From Raja brachyura (taxonomy: Eukaryota): a stretch of DNA of 64,000 nucleotides. The position numbers and the translations under genes were made by a program. The notes under the pieces were generated by a model, which was not told the DNA's origin, did not search any database, and saw nothing but the letters and a program-made list of their open reading frames with translations. Positions 50,514 to 64,000 of the stretch are shown here, one piece after another (positions within the stretch are counted from its first letter, which is position 1; every line of letters begins with the position of its first letter). The stretch is from contig OY740806.1 of the NCBI GenBank assembly GCA_963514005.1, forward strand, positions 19,778,001 through 19,842,000, given 5' to 3'.

Positions 50514-50861
50514 CATAAACCTGTATTTGTGTTCCTTGGCCCTTTTCATGAATTGGTGGGAACACATTTGGTACTTTCACCACACATGTGTAGTTGTAAG
50601 CAGAGTGCCCAGACGATACATTTTCAATCTTCAGTGATGCCGTACAGTGTTTGAAACCATCCCAGAGGGGGTGAGGAATGCAGAGCAAGTTGTTCATCCT
50701 GTAATTAACATCAGGCCCTCCTGGTGATGTCCGATACCAGTAAACGCGGAGACAGGCATTCACTGTTCCATTATAAATAAATGTACAGTTTAACATGGTG
50801 GACTCGCCTCTCCGCACACTGACCAGGCGTGGCTGGGCCAACTCTGTGATTAGCGGAACTC
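50514..50861 (-). CDS. VJ-type IgV exon (gene B)
   Basis: Open 348-nt phase 1-1 exon with canonical splice sites; same motifs as V1 and V2, GQGTQIQV. Confidence 0.9.
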
Positions 50862-51816
50862 CTGATGGAAAATAAATTAATTTGTTATTTTTACTTCCAT
50901 TAATATTCCAACATAAACTCACTTTAAACAACACTGAAATGGGGGACATAAACAGAATGCTAGAAGATCTCTGTGGGTAAAGCAGCAGTTTTGGAGGCAA
51001 AAGGTAAAATAATATGATGTTTCAAGTGAGACCTTGCAATAGGATTGAGGGGGGGAACAAAAGACAGCAAGTATATAACAGGATGGAGGAAGATGGGATG
51101 GGGCTAGTCAGAGATAGGAGATACAATGGTCAAATGGGTGGATGATGGGGAGATCAAACCAGATAGGGGAGGAGGTCTGAATTGAAGATTAAATTTCCAT
51201 TGTATCAATTATTTTTGTTAAATAATATTTGCCTTTTTCAGATTTAATTATAAATATAAATGTTATGTTGCTTTGTGATGCAATGTTCTGCCTGAATTTG
51301 TTTCATTTGCAGACGCCATCAGATGTATCCGAATGTTGCCATTATGACACTTGGCTGATAATTACTTCAAGTTACTGAAGTGACTGCTAAAAACATAAGT
51401 AATAGGAGCGGATTAAGGCCAGTCAGCCCATCACTGCCATTCAATCATGGTTGATCTATCTCTCCCCTTCAACCCCTTTCTCCTACCTTCTCCTTATAAT
51501 GCCTGACACACATTTTAATCAAGAATCTGTCAATCTCCTCATTAAAAATATGTACTTTTATTATAGCTTTTAATAAATGGCATAATTTTTTTTGAAAAAA
51601 TTTACATTACAACTTAAAATATCTAATCATTGTACTATCTTGCAGCAGGAGTTTAATCCTTCTCTAGTTCTGAATGTCCCTGGTGCTAATTAAACTCTCA
51701 GTCTATCCCCTGCTCCAAGAGAACTTTGCATGACTTTGCCAGAAAACATCACCTATTCCTTCTGTCCAGAGACGCTGCCTGTCCCGTTGAGTTACTCCAG
51801 CATTTTGTGTCTATCT

Positions 51817-54800
51817 TGTGACGCCACCCGGTGGTCAGGCCACTTACTATGTGAACCCTCGGCAGTCGAGGGTACGGTCACGTGACAGGGTAATGGGGGA
51901 AGGAGTTGTCACGACGTTTAGGGGTGTGCCCTAGTATAAGTATTCAGCCACGGGTCAACCTTCCCCCATTCATGTGTGTGTTGTTCTCTTTACTTCAGCA
52001 ATAATGATCTCTTTTTTTTTAAATATTTTTTTATTTGAAGTAACCAGTTTACAATGTATAACACACATTTAAAACTATCATCTTAATTCAATATTTCTAC
52101 AAATAGCACATCGATAATTAATATCGTCTGTTTTTTTGGAAATAAAGATAGAAAAAGATATATAATAAAGAGGAAAAGAAAAAAAAAGATAGAAATAGAA
52201 AACAATCTACAAATACAAATTAAAAAAATATATATATATTATATATATATATAAATCAAAAACAACTAAGTACATTATACATGAAATTATTTCAAACAAT
52301 AATATCAATGGGACATGCGCATTAATCCCATATGTAAATAAGTTATTCTCATCGGATTCCGTAGGGTGCCCGTCGAGCCGTGATGCCAAGAACAGCTACT
52401 TCTCTAGATACTGTATATATGGAGACCATATCAGTTCAAAAGAATTATACCTGTCCAATAGGACAAATCTAATTCTTTCCAAATATAACGTCTCCAGCAT
52501 CTCTGCTGTCCACATTTTAATTGTTGGGGATAATGTTCCCTTCCAAAATTTCAATATGATTTTTTTCCCTATTATCAAACAGTAATCAAAGAAATTTCTT
52601 TGATTTACTGTCAAAACCAAACTTGATTCCAGAATTCCAAATATTATTAATTTTGGGTCAGGGTCCAGTTTAACTTTAAGAACTTCAGAAATTACTTTAA
52701 AAATTTCTGTCCAGTAATAATTCAACTTAGGGCATGTTACAAAACTATGTGTTAAGTTTGCTTCTAGATTCTTACATTTATCACAAATAGAGGAGAGATT
52801 GGGAAAAATACTATTTAATTTGGTTTTCGAATAATGTAATCTATATAGTACTTTAAATTGTATCAATATATGTCTAGCATTTAAAGAACACCGATTTATT
52901 CTCTGTAAGCTTTCTTCCCAAATTTCTTTTGTTATAGGTAATCCAATTTCATTTTCCCATGCTTGGCGATATGTTTCAGTTATTGGGGTCTCTTTATCTA
53001 GAATAATATTATATATATGAGCTATTAACTTTTCCGTATTTGGATGTAAATTAAACAAACCATCTAATAAGCCTGGTTCTTTATTTTTATAATCTTGTGT
53101 ATTACATTTAATGTAATCTCTAATTTGTAAATATCGAAACAAATGTTGTGAAGGCAATCCAAAAATATCTTGCAACTCTTCAAATAATAAAAATTTTCCA
53201 TTTCTATAAAGGTGTCCTATCCTTTTAATTCCTAAATCCTCCCAGAGTCTAAACCCCGCATCTAATATTGAGGGTTTAAACAATGGGTTATTCCTAATTG
53301 GTAACCTGAAGGATAGATTATCCAGATGTAAAGCCTTAACTATCTGTTTCCATATACGCCTATTATTATAAATTATAGGGTTATCCCTATAAATCTTTTT
53401 TTGTACTTCCTTTGGGGCAAAAAGAATCGAGCCTATATTAAAAGGTAAACAGTCTTCCTTTTCCATCTTTAACCACATTGGTTCATTATCCAGATTTATC
53501 CACCAAAAATTCATATTCTTAATCTGGACTGCCCGGAAGTAATATAAAAAACTTGGAAGTGCTAACCCTCCATTTATCTTAGACTTACATAAGTGTTTTT
53601 TACTTATTCTATGACTTTTATAGTCCCAAATAAAACTATTAACAATATTATCAATTTTCTTAAAAAAAAATTTTGGGAGAAAAAAAGGAATAGCCTGAAA
53701 CAGATATAACAATTGTGGTTAAAAAAATCATTTTTATAGCATTAATTCTACCAACCATAGATATAGGAAGTGTTTTCCAATATGAAATATTTTTTATAAG
53801 TTTATCTAATAATTGAGGATAATTAGATTTAATTAATAATTTATAGGATTTAGGTACATTGATTCCTAAATATTTAAATTTATCTGTGACTATTTTTAAT
53901 GGATATTGTTGCAATATATTTACATTTATGCCAGTTATAGGCATAATTTCACTTTTATTCCAGTTAATCCTATATCCTGAAAATATGCTAAATTCATTTA
54001 TAACATTAAATAACTTGGGAATACTGCATTCCGGTCTTGTAATATAAATCAAAACATCATCTGCATATAAAGATATTTTATTAATTGTTGTATCAGTATT
54101 ATAACCATATATTTCAGGTTCAGATCTAATTCTTTCAGCCAAAGGCTCTATGACCAAGGCAAATAATAAAGGGGATAACGGACATCCCTGTCTGCATCCC
54201 CTAAATAGTTTAAATTTAGGTGATAGTATTTGATTAGTTAAAATTCTTGCAATAGGATTAGAGTATAATATTCTTACCCATTTACAGAATCCATCCCCCA
54301 ATTGAAACTTTTCCATTATATTAAATAAATATGACCATTCCACCTGATCGAATGCTTTTTCTGCATCCAACGATATAACTGCTAATTCTGTGTCTCTTTT
54401 TCTTTTCGAATATATGATATTAAACAGGCGCCTAAGATTGTGTGATGAATAACGTTTTGGAATAAAACCTGTTTGATCGTGATGTATTATTTTAGAAATC
54501 ACTAAACTTAGCCTCCGAGATAGTACTTTAGTTAATATTTTTTGGTCAGTATTTAAAAGAGCAATCGCTCTATATGATCCAGGATCTTCCAGATCCTTGT
54601 CTAACTTAGGGATGAGTGTAATTGTAGATTGATTTAAGGATTCTGGTAATTTTCCTAGTTCATATGCATATCTATACACTATCTGTAATCTTGGTGAGAT
54701 TAGATCATTAAATTTTTTATAAAATTCTGCACTCAGGCCATCAGGGCCCGCGGTTTTTCCATTTTTTAACGAACCAATTGATTCTTCAATATCTCTTACT

Positions 54801-57348
54801 GATATTTCAGCATTTAACAATTGCCTACTTTCCAGATCTAGCCTATTAATATGACATTTGTCTAGAAATATTTCCATTTCATCTGTTTGCCCTGTTGATT
54901 TTGATGAATAAAGATTTTGATAATATTGTAAAAATGTGTCATTAATATCCTTTGGTATAGTCAGTATGTTTCCCTGCATAGATCTAATACTATTTATAGT
55001 TTTTTCATCATCTAATTTTCTGAGTTGTCGTGCTAATAATTTTTGTGGCTTATCTCCAAATTCAAAATGTACTTGTTTGGTTTGTTGAAAAAGTTTAATA
55101 ACTTGGTCAGAATATATTTTATTTAATCTATATTTTAATATTGCAATTTTATTAACTAACTCTTTAGAAGGATGTTTTATATTTTCACTATCTAATCGTT
55201 TTATCTCCTTTTCTAACTTTTGCTCCGTCTTTCGATTTTCTTTATTAAAATATGCTTGTGCTGATATTATTGCACCACGCATAAATGCTTTAAATGTATC
55301 CCATAATAATAATGGGGAAATCTCAGGTTTATCATTAGTTTCGAAAAATAATTTAATCTGTTCCTCCACATAATTACAACAGCCTTTGTCCTTCAATATT
55401 TGTGGGTTAAATCTCCAAGTTTTATTAACTATATCTTTTAATTTTATCTTGAATGTTAGCGGGGCATGATCTGAGATAATAATATTGTGGTATTTTGCAT
55501 CATACGTGAAGGGAAGTAATTTTGAATCGACTAAAAAATAATCTATCCTCGAATAGGTTCCAAATACCGGTGAGAAAATGAATATTCACGTCCAGTTGGA
55601 TTATCCAATCTCCAAATATCCTTAACATTCGATGTATTAATAAAAGAATTTATATATTTACTTGGCTTAGAAAGAGCTTTCCTTTTCGTGGAAGATCTAT
55701 CTAAATAATTATCTAAAGTACAATTTAAATCACCCCCAATTATTAAATTATATTGAGTGGATATAGGGATATTATTAAATATTTTCTTGAAAAATAATGG
55801 GTTATCGAAATTGGGTGCATAAGTATTCATAAAAATTACTTTTTTTGACTGTAATTCCCCTGTAATTATTAAATATCTACCCTCCTTATCCTCTATTATA
55901 GAACTAGGTTTAAAAGGTATGCCTTTACGAATAATTATTGCAACTCCTCTAGATTTATGTATAAATGATGAGTGATACACCTTTGAAATCCACTTAGCTG
56001 TTAATCTATATTGAGCATCTTTTTTAAGATGTGTCTCCTGAAGAAACGTAACATCTGATTTCAATCTATTCAACTGAGCTAACACCTTTCCCCTTTTAAC
56101 TGGTTCATTAATTCCCTTAACATTCCAACTACAGAAGGTGATTCCATCACCCCCAATCCTTACATTCATATCTTGCATTTTATTATTAGGGTGGCTTTTT
56201 TTGGGGTAGCCTTCTTGACTCCTCCAGCCCGACATAACAACCCAGCTTTAGTCCGATGAAAATTACAAATTCCATTAAACCATGTCCATTTAACCTGGTT
56301 ATATAATATAAGTCGTAACCATAATCATATAATATATAATATAAAATCGAAAAATAGTAAAAAATGTAAATATAAAAAAAGTATAGGGTGATAAAAGGGT
56401 GTAGAGAAAAAAAAGAAACTACACTTTTATAGCGTGTAGTGTGCACAAGTGGGAGCCACACTAGTATGGCTATTAATCTAAGGACTTCCGTTTTCTTAGA
56501 AAAAAGATGTTGGTTATTCCAGCTCTTATCTAGAATGCTGTATATGTTGGGGCGGGGTACTAACTTTATGTTCTTAGTAACTATTTCTATTATTCATATA
56601 ACTGATTTCTAGTTAATGATCTCTTTGATTCACTCGCTTATTCGCCCGACATATTGGTGACCCGACGATCCTAAACGGTCATTTTGGATTTCAACGATGT
56701 TTGCAGCCAACGATCAACCTCAACAGCCCGAGGTTGCTGACAATCCAGAACGCTGTCTCCCTGAAGCTGCCCGTGTTCTGGATATCGCAGCCCCAGGTGT
56801 GGTTCCAACAGGCCGGGGCCCAGTTCCACGTTTGACGCATCACGGCCGATGACACCCGGTACTACTATGTGGTCGGCGCGTTGGATCAGGGGACGGCCGG
56901 TCGCCTGGTCCCTTACCATGCTCGCCAATGGATCAGGACAAATACGAGGGCCTTAAAGCGCTGCTCTTGCGGATCTTTGGGCTCAACGGCCGGGACCGCG
57001 CGGCGCAGCTCATGCACATGGGCAGCCTCAGTGATAGCAAACTGTCGGAGCTGATGAGATGCTCACCCTCATGGGCAGTCATCGGCCCTGCCTGCTCTTC
57101 GAACACGCCTTCTTGGAGCAGATGCCGGACGACAGTGAGGATTTGTGCTCGCCTTCGGCGGTCGGGGGCAGAGTCACGTGACTGGTTAATGGCGGGAAGG
57201 AGTTGTCATGAGGTTTAGGGATGTGCCCTAGTATAAGTATTCAGCCACGGGTCAGCCTTCCCCCATTCGCGTGTGTGGTGTTCTCTTCAGTTCAGCAATA
57301 AAGATCTATTTGATTCACCACGTATGGCTTGCTTATTCGCCCGCCATA
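51817..57348 (+). mobile_element. Internally deleted gypsy LTR element whose 5' LTR is split by an L1
   Basis: LTR TGTGACG...CATA; ATCT TSD (51813-51816, 57349-57352); PBS TGGTGACCCGACG (tRNA-Trp-like) at 56655; gag remnant VSLKLPVFW...QVWF; empty site in copy A at ~16780. Confidence 0.88.
52015..56613 (-). mobile_element. L1-clade LINE lacking ORF1 (ORF2 with frameshifts)
   Basis: APE, RT (DAEKAFD, RQGCPLSPLLF, YADD) and CCHC motifs; poly-A; 13-bp TSD TAATGATCTCTTT (52002-52014, 56614-56626). Confidence 0.95.
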
Positions 57349-59172
57349 ATCTTCGGTTTAAACCAGCATCTACATTTCTTTCCTACAACGGACTTTGCAT
57401 GATTATGGGCGATTATTTTTTTACATGACTATGATCCACTTTAATTACCAGTTCAATCACTAATAATTTATTGTACATTTATTTTTATTTGCTTTTAATG
57501 TACCTGTTAAGCAGAGCAAGTAAAAATGTCATTGTTCCATTCATATATTGTTCACAAATAAATGCTCTTGAGAATAACTGGGTCAGATTCCATCACTTTT
57601 GTGTAATATGCATTTTGTAATATATTGCTGTTCTCTACACAGCTCCAGTGACCTGGGTTCAATCCCTGCCTCTGAGTCTGGAATTTGTATGTTCTCCCTA
57701 TGACCTTATGGGTTCCATCTGGGCACTTTAGTCTCCTCCTATGCCTTAGAAAAATATGAAGGTTGGTAGAAGGAAATCAAAACAGATTAAGTTCTTGAAA
57801 ATCAGAAATAAAAAGTGCTTGAGAAACTCAGCAGGTCAGTGAAAATAAAGGCAATGTTCCATTGGAAACTTTTTGCAGTTTTGATAAAAGAGTTGCAGAC
57901 CCAAAACATTGACCGTTTCACTTTCCACGGATACAACCTGACTCACTGGGCTTTTTGTTTTTATATTAGTGCGGATTACTTGGTTAAATAGTCACAGGAT
58001 ATAGATCCGTGGTAAATGATTCCACCACTAATCCACACCTTGCCCCCAGGGTGTAGATGAATGGTAGAATATAGAATGGGGACTGGGTAGTTGATGTGGC
58101 AAATAAAGTGGTTTACAAGAGGATCATTTTAGGAATAGGATCCTTATTATTGGGTTGGACGCATGGAAATGAAGGGTTTGTTTCCATGTTGTTTCACTCA
58201 ATAGTATAACAAGTAAAATTCACATTGCATCATCACCTCTGATTCAGATCAATTTTCTGAAATCTCCGTCCTCAGGGAAAGCCAATTTCTTCTTCCTTGT
58301 GGAAGACGGCACACAGCTCTGTGGAGAACTGAACAATCAGAAATGAACCTGTAGCCATTTGTATTGGGTAGAAGGCAAACTAAATAGACCTTAGGAGTGT
58401 CGGAAAGAACTGCAGATGCTGGTTTAAATCGAAGGAAGACACAAAATGCTGGAGTAACTCAGCGAGACAGATCTCTGGAGAGAAAGAATGTGTGACTGTT
58501 TCTGGTCGAGTCCCTTCTTCAGATACCACTTAGACATTTCCTGTGCTGGTTTTTGATGCAGTCAGTTATTGGTGAATGTTTTTCACATGTTCTCAATATC
58601 GCAGTGAAATTGTTTAAAATTAATGTTTTGTTTAAAAATTCATTCCATAGAAATGCATCATAATAGCTCACTAATTTAATTATTAATACCCTAATTAATT
58701 ATTTGCCATTTAATTATTGAAGTAAAATCTGTAAACTCCCCACACAATTTTTGAACAGCTCATGTTTTAGCTTTCTCTGCTCAAAGCAGAATAATCAAAT
58801 GTTTAAATAATGATGAGGTTCAACCAAGTAAATAAAATCCCACTTCCATATTTTCCATTAAAATTCAGACATTTTGCATTGTAAAAACCCTCAGTCACGC
58901 AGCCACAGCCAATGAACTTACAAAATGGCAACCTTCCTTCTCCAGCTGTTCTGAAATGATGCCTCAGCCAAGATAGAGGCAAGCTGCTCACATCCCTGCT
59001 CCGGAGATCTAAGCTGCTTCTAGCCATTAGCTTCAGTAAATCTCCCCACAGACTGATCAAATAATCACACCACTAACATGTTGGCTTTTGTTAAACTTTT
59101 GTAATCATTTCAATCTATGAGCTGATTCCATAATACACAAGCTGAAAGAAGGATATTTACCAAGACACTGAC

Positions 59173-59236
59173 CTGTTGAGTATCTCTGCTCCAGTAGGAA
59201 CACCATCAGTTGCAATAAAATGTTTCCTGCCAACAT
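59173..59236 (-). CDS. Signal-peptide (leader) exon of gene B
   Basis: MLAGNILLQLMVFLLEQRYST(G)|gtcagt, phase 1, in frame with 50514-50861. Confidence 0.8.
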
Positions 59237-59383
59237 TCCCTTAATTTGGTACATTTCTTTCAAACTTCACAATATCCAACTGTCACAGAATTCTCTTGTG
59301 CATTATATCTCTTGTGATCAGTTTCATCGCGGTCACAGTGGTTGAAGTGATACATCTGACCACGTACAATTAAAGAGGATGTA

Positions 59384-60967
59384 CTGTGCATTCGGAAAGT
59401 ATTCAGACCACTTCCCGTTTTCCACATCTTGTTACATTACAGCCTTATTCAAAAATGGATTCAATTTTTTTTTTTTAATCATCAATCTACCATCAATTTA
59501 TCATCAATAAAAAAACAAAAACAGGTGTTTAGAAATGTTTGTAAAGTAATTAAAAATAAATAACTGAAATGTCACATTTCTGTAAGTATTCAGACCCTTT
59601 ACTCAGTATTTTGTTGAAGCACCTTTGGCAGCGATTACAGCCTCAAGTCTTCATGGGTATGACGCTACAAGCTTGGCACACCTGTATGTTGGTCATTTCC
59701 CCCATTCTTCTCTGCAGATCCTCTCAAGCTCTGTCAGGTTGGATGGGGAACGTCGATACATAGCTATTTTCAGATCCCTCCAGAGATGTTCGATTGGGTT
59801 CAAGGTCGGGCTCTGGCTGGGCCACTCAAGGACATTCACAGACTTGTCATGAAGCCACTCCTACTTTGTCTTGGCTGTGTGCTTCAGGTCGTTGTGAATC
59901 TCCGCCCCAGTCTGAGGTCCAGAATGCTCTGCAGCAGGTTTTCATCAAGGATCTCTCCATTCTTCTTTCCCTCGATGCTGACTCATCTTGCACTTCCTGC
60001 CACTGAAAAAAAACATCCGCACACCATGATGCTGCCACCACCATGCTTCACCGTAGGTATGGTATTGGCCAGGTGATGAGCGGTGCTTGGCTTCCTCCAT
60101 TCGTGACGCTAGGCATTCAGGCCAAAGAGTTCAATCTTGGTTTCATCAGACCAGAGAATCTTGTTTCTCGTGCCTTTTGGCAAACTCCAAGCGGGCTGTC
60201 ATGTGCATTTTATCGAGGAGTGGCTTCCGTTTGGCCACTCTACCATAAAGGCCTGATTGGAGGAGTGCTGCAGATGTAGTTGTCCTTCTGGAAGGTTCTC
60301 CCATCTCCACCGAGGAACTCTGGAGCTCTGTCAGAGTCACCATTGGGTTCTTGGTCACCTCCCTGACCAAAGCCCTTCTCGCCTGATTGGTCAGTTTGGC
60401 TGGGCGGCCAGATCTATGGAGTCCTGGTGGTTCCAAAGTTCTTACATTTAAGAATGACGGAGGCCACTGTGCTCTTCGCGACCTGCAATGCTGCAGAAAT
60501 TATTTCATACCCTTTCCCAGATCTGTCTCAACACAATCCTGTCTTGGAGGTCTACGGACAATTCCTTCGTCTTCATGGCTTGGTTTTTGCTCTGACATTC
60601 ACTGTCAACTGTGGGACCTTATTTAGACAGGTGTGTGCATTTTCAAATCATATCCAATCAATTTAATTTACCAGTGGTGAACTCCAATCAAGTTGTAGAA
60701 ACATTTCAAGGATAATCAATGGAAACGGGATGAACCTAAGCTCAATTTTGAGTGTCACAGCAAAAAGTCTGACTACTTATGTAAATGTGATATTTCAGTT
60801 ATTTATTTTTAATTACTCTGCAAAAATGTGTAAATACCTATTTTTGCTTCTTCATTCCAGGTTATTGTGTGTAGATTGATGATTTAAAAAAAAAGAATTT
60901 AATCCATTTTTAAATATGGCTGTAACGTAACAAAGTGCAGGGATTTAAATATTTTCTGAATGCACTG
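59384..60967 (-). mobile_element. Tc1 DNA transposon with degenerate transposase
   Basis: TA at both flanks; TIR CTGTGCATTCGGAAA / TTCTGAATGCACTG; RSGRPAKL...LYGRVAKRKPLL...RLEFAK. Confidence 0.93.
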
Positions 60968-61409
60968 TAAATGCTAGTATTTAAGCATGTTCCTTGGTGT
61001 GGTGGCAACGCTTAAAACAGATTTTAAGACAGAAAAGATTTATGTGAATGCCAATTGTTTTGTTCATTAAATTAGTGAGCTTTTATCATGCATTTCTATG
61101 ATATGAAATTTTAATCAAAATAAACATATTTTGAACATTTTCCGTTAAAATGTGACATGTCTGGTAAGAATAGCCCAAGGTCCATTTAAGTTTGCCTTCT
61201 CCCCAATACAAATGGCTGCAGGTTCATTTCTGATTCTTCAGTTCTCCATGGAGCTTTGCGCTGGCTTCCACAGGTCAGAAGGAAGATAATTATGACAGCA
61301 TGCAATGGAGGAATGTATTCCTTCAATAGCTAAATAATGCTTTTTGCAACTGACTGCAAGGAAAGACATTACGTTACACCAGCAAAGTCTCAACCCGCAA
61401 TGTCCACCA

Positions 61410-61896
61410 GGTTCACCAGACTGATTCCTGGGATGTCAGGACTGTCTTATGAACAAAGACTGCATAGACTCGGTTTATACTCTCTAGAATTTAGGGGATT
61501 GAGAGGGGATCTTATAGAAACTTACAAAATTCTTAAGGGGTTGGACAGGCTAGATGCAGGAAGATTGTTCCCGATGTTGGGGAGGTCCAGGACAAGGGGT
61601 CACAGCTTAAGGATAAGGGGGAAATCCTTTAGGACCGAGATGAGAAGGAATTTTTTCACACAGAGTGGTGGGTCTCTGGAACTCTCTGCCACAGAGGGTA
61701 GTTGAGGCCAGTTCATTGGCTATATTTAAGAGGGAGTTAGATGTGGCCCTTGTGGCTAAGGGGATCAGAGGGTATGGAGAGAAGGCAGGTACGGGATACT
61801 GTTGGATGATCAGCCATGATCATATTGAATGGCGGTGCAGGCTCGAAGGGCCGAATGGCCTACTCCTGCACCTAATTTCTATGTTTCTATGTTTCT
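61410..61896 (+). mobile_element. CR1/HER-type LINE 3' fragment
   Basis: ORF2 C-terminus plus TTTCTATG tail; 11-bp TSD AATGTC(C/G)ACCA; empty site in copy A at 19351. Confidence 0.92.
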
Positions 61897-64000
61897 AATG
61901 TCGACCATCCTTTTGCTTCCACAGATGCTGCCTGACCCATTGAATTCCTCCAGCAATGTGTTTATTGCTCCATATGCCAGCATCCACAGTCTCTCGTGTC
62001 TCCATTTTACATTACCTGAGGATGGATGTGAGCATCAGTGGTGGGTGGGCAACACTGCAGGCCAATTATTATTTATTGTGTGTAATGTGCCTGTAATGTA
62101 GCCGCAAGTGGTTGAGTTATGGGATTATCACAACATGGTAGGTAGGTAGGTAGGTAACACACCCAGCATCTGATTTATTTTCCAGACTGCCACAGAGCGA
62201 GTTTGTGATTTCCTCTGCTCATTGTCATTATCAGGAAGCTGAGATTAATTGTATTTACCATTCACATTGCAGCAATGTCTTTGGGCAGAGTGTGCTTTCA
62301 TTAATAAAGACCGTCAACTGTAAAACAAATTGACCAAAATAATAGCATAGCAACACATTATGCTCCGTGAAAACCAAGGCGTTGCTTTTGCACATGAAGA
62401 TGAGTGACAAGAGAGAAAGATATGTGTCTTGCATCTTGTCATTCTGCTTGTCTACAGAGCTACTGCATTCACAATCTTGTTGTAAAATCATACTTGAACA
62501 GACCGCTCATTTGCTAAGGATGATTTCTACTCATTGCAGCTCTTACAAATATGTTTTAGCAGCATTTTCTTGGCTGCTATAACACTACATGCTGCACTCT
62601 GTTTATTTTCTCTTGCACTACCTAATGTACATGTATAGTACGAATTTTGTGGATGGAACACAAAACAACATTTTTGACAATATCTTATACATATGGCAAT
62701 AGTAATTAAACTAAATTCTAAAAAAGCTTTTAGAGATATGGACGAAGCATTATTTTGTTTATACTCGGCATGTAGTTAGTTAACTTAGTTTGATAACAGA
62801 GAGCCCACACTAAGAAGTTATTGATGTTTACTGTTCTCCTAACATTATAGATGTATAATTCCCCTGAACTGACTTCATAATGATGACCTCCTGAATTAAA
62901 ATCTACATACATTGCAGCTTTAACGTCATGAATTTGTTAGGGATCGATTGCGAGAGCTCCAACTGCAGGAGCTTCGACTGCCCCGGTCGCAGGAGCTGCG
63001 AATACCCCGATGTGGAGGATTTGATTCCCGACTGCGGGACCTTTGATTGCCCCAACTACGAAGGTGTCGATTGCCCCGACCGCGGGAGAAAAGGAGTGGG
63101 GAATGTGAGGTTGCCGATAAAACAAGATGGATGTGCTGCCTATACTGTTGAGGACTCTGTGGGAGTGCCATGAATGCCGTGATCTCGTTGTTTTACGGGG
63201 ACATGGCTCCATTAGGACATCCCACGAGTCTAGTGCGAATATGGACGGCCTTCTGACTGTTCGGGCGGACAGGGACTGCAGAGAGAGTGACAGCGGTCGG
63301 TACAACTCTGGTCACATCACATGAAGGAGCGTGCGTGTGTGGCTCGAACATTGAACTGATGGCTGTGGGTCTCCACTTATGCTGTGTGCCCTGGGGATTC
63401 TCACATGCTATTGTGGTGGATGTTTATGTTTAATTTTTGTACGGTTATATGTATCTTGTTGCTTTTTTGTATGACTGTTGGCAAATCAAATTCATTGTAT
63501 GCTTACTTACTTGGCTAATAAATTAATTGCAATTATAATTACAATTATTTTAATTACAGAAAAAGTGTTTAACCACCAGGAAAGTAGGTCAACATTATGG
63601 CATCGAGGGACCAAAACTTTTATCATATAGGTGACAGACAGGAATTAAGAAAAGTTGAAGAATCGTCAATGAGGAAGAGCTATGCAAAACCTACTTTCCT
63701 ATTTAAGTGCAAACTGCACATTCTATTGTAAATGTAATCTGCTACTTGCTTGTCCAAGTCTTGTGTTTATATATCCTCTGCAGTAAGACTGAAAAAAGTA
63801 TAATTCTATTTCAGGACTCTCTGATGTGCTGCACACTTTTGGAGTCGTATTGTGATGCAGAAATTGTGGAAATTCAAGTTGCATGGAGTGGGATCCCACA
63901 GTGAGTAAAGAGTGAAAACTCAGTCTATTGTTAAAAGATTAGAGTGCGGCAGCGTTAAGGGGCTGTCCGACTGTGGCGACCTAATTGGCGAGTTTAGGAG

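Larger units (their letters stand above)
49050..63890 (+). repeat. Segmental duplication, copy B
   Basis: Colinear with 13370-20730 once copy-specific insertions and deletions are removed. Confidence 0.92.

Noticed and set aside
62928-63173. Cys-periodic ORF (DCxx repeats) resembling a metal-binding peptide
   Set aside because: Lies in a ~500-bp segment absent from copy A, made of degenerate short tandem repeats of an interspersed element; no splice or gene context

Overview
Eukaryotic, repeat-rich vertebrate DNA. Its repeat content (HE1-like SINEs, CR1/HER-type LINE tails, Penelope, DIRS, L1, Tc1) suggests a cartilaginous fish, probably a skate or ray; this is an inference. The window holds two tandem paralogous copies of a minus-strand immunoglobulin-superfamily gene that I reconstructed from splice sites. 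Gene B has a leader exon (59173-59236), an intact germline-joined VJ-type exon (50514-50861) and a decayed V exon; no intact downstream exon was found. Gene A has a leader exon (18525-18588), a decayed V exon, two intact VJ exons (12563-12910, 8914-9261), decayed C-like exons and an intact C1-set exon (1499-1825), and probably continues off the window. The leader ends in phase 1 and the V and C1 exons are phase 1-1, so they can splice into a non-rearranging VJ-C1 antigen-receptor-like protein. No RSS was found. The introns and intergenic space contain three DIRS tyrosine-recombinase retrotransposons, two L1s, two gypsy remnants, a Penelope element, a Tc1 and its 175-bp derivative, a Helitron and a TIR element with a 7-bp TSD. 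There are also many Penelope-derived short repeats carrying minimal hammerhead-ribozyme motifs, including a retrozyme-like 1.5-mer at 26953-27256. Each intact V exon of gene A is followed by a same-strand DIRS splice acceptor that is in frame with DIRS gag.
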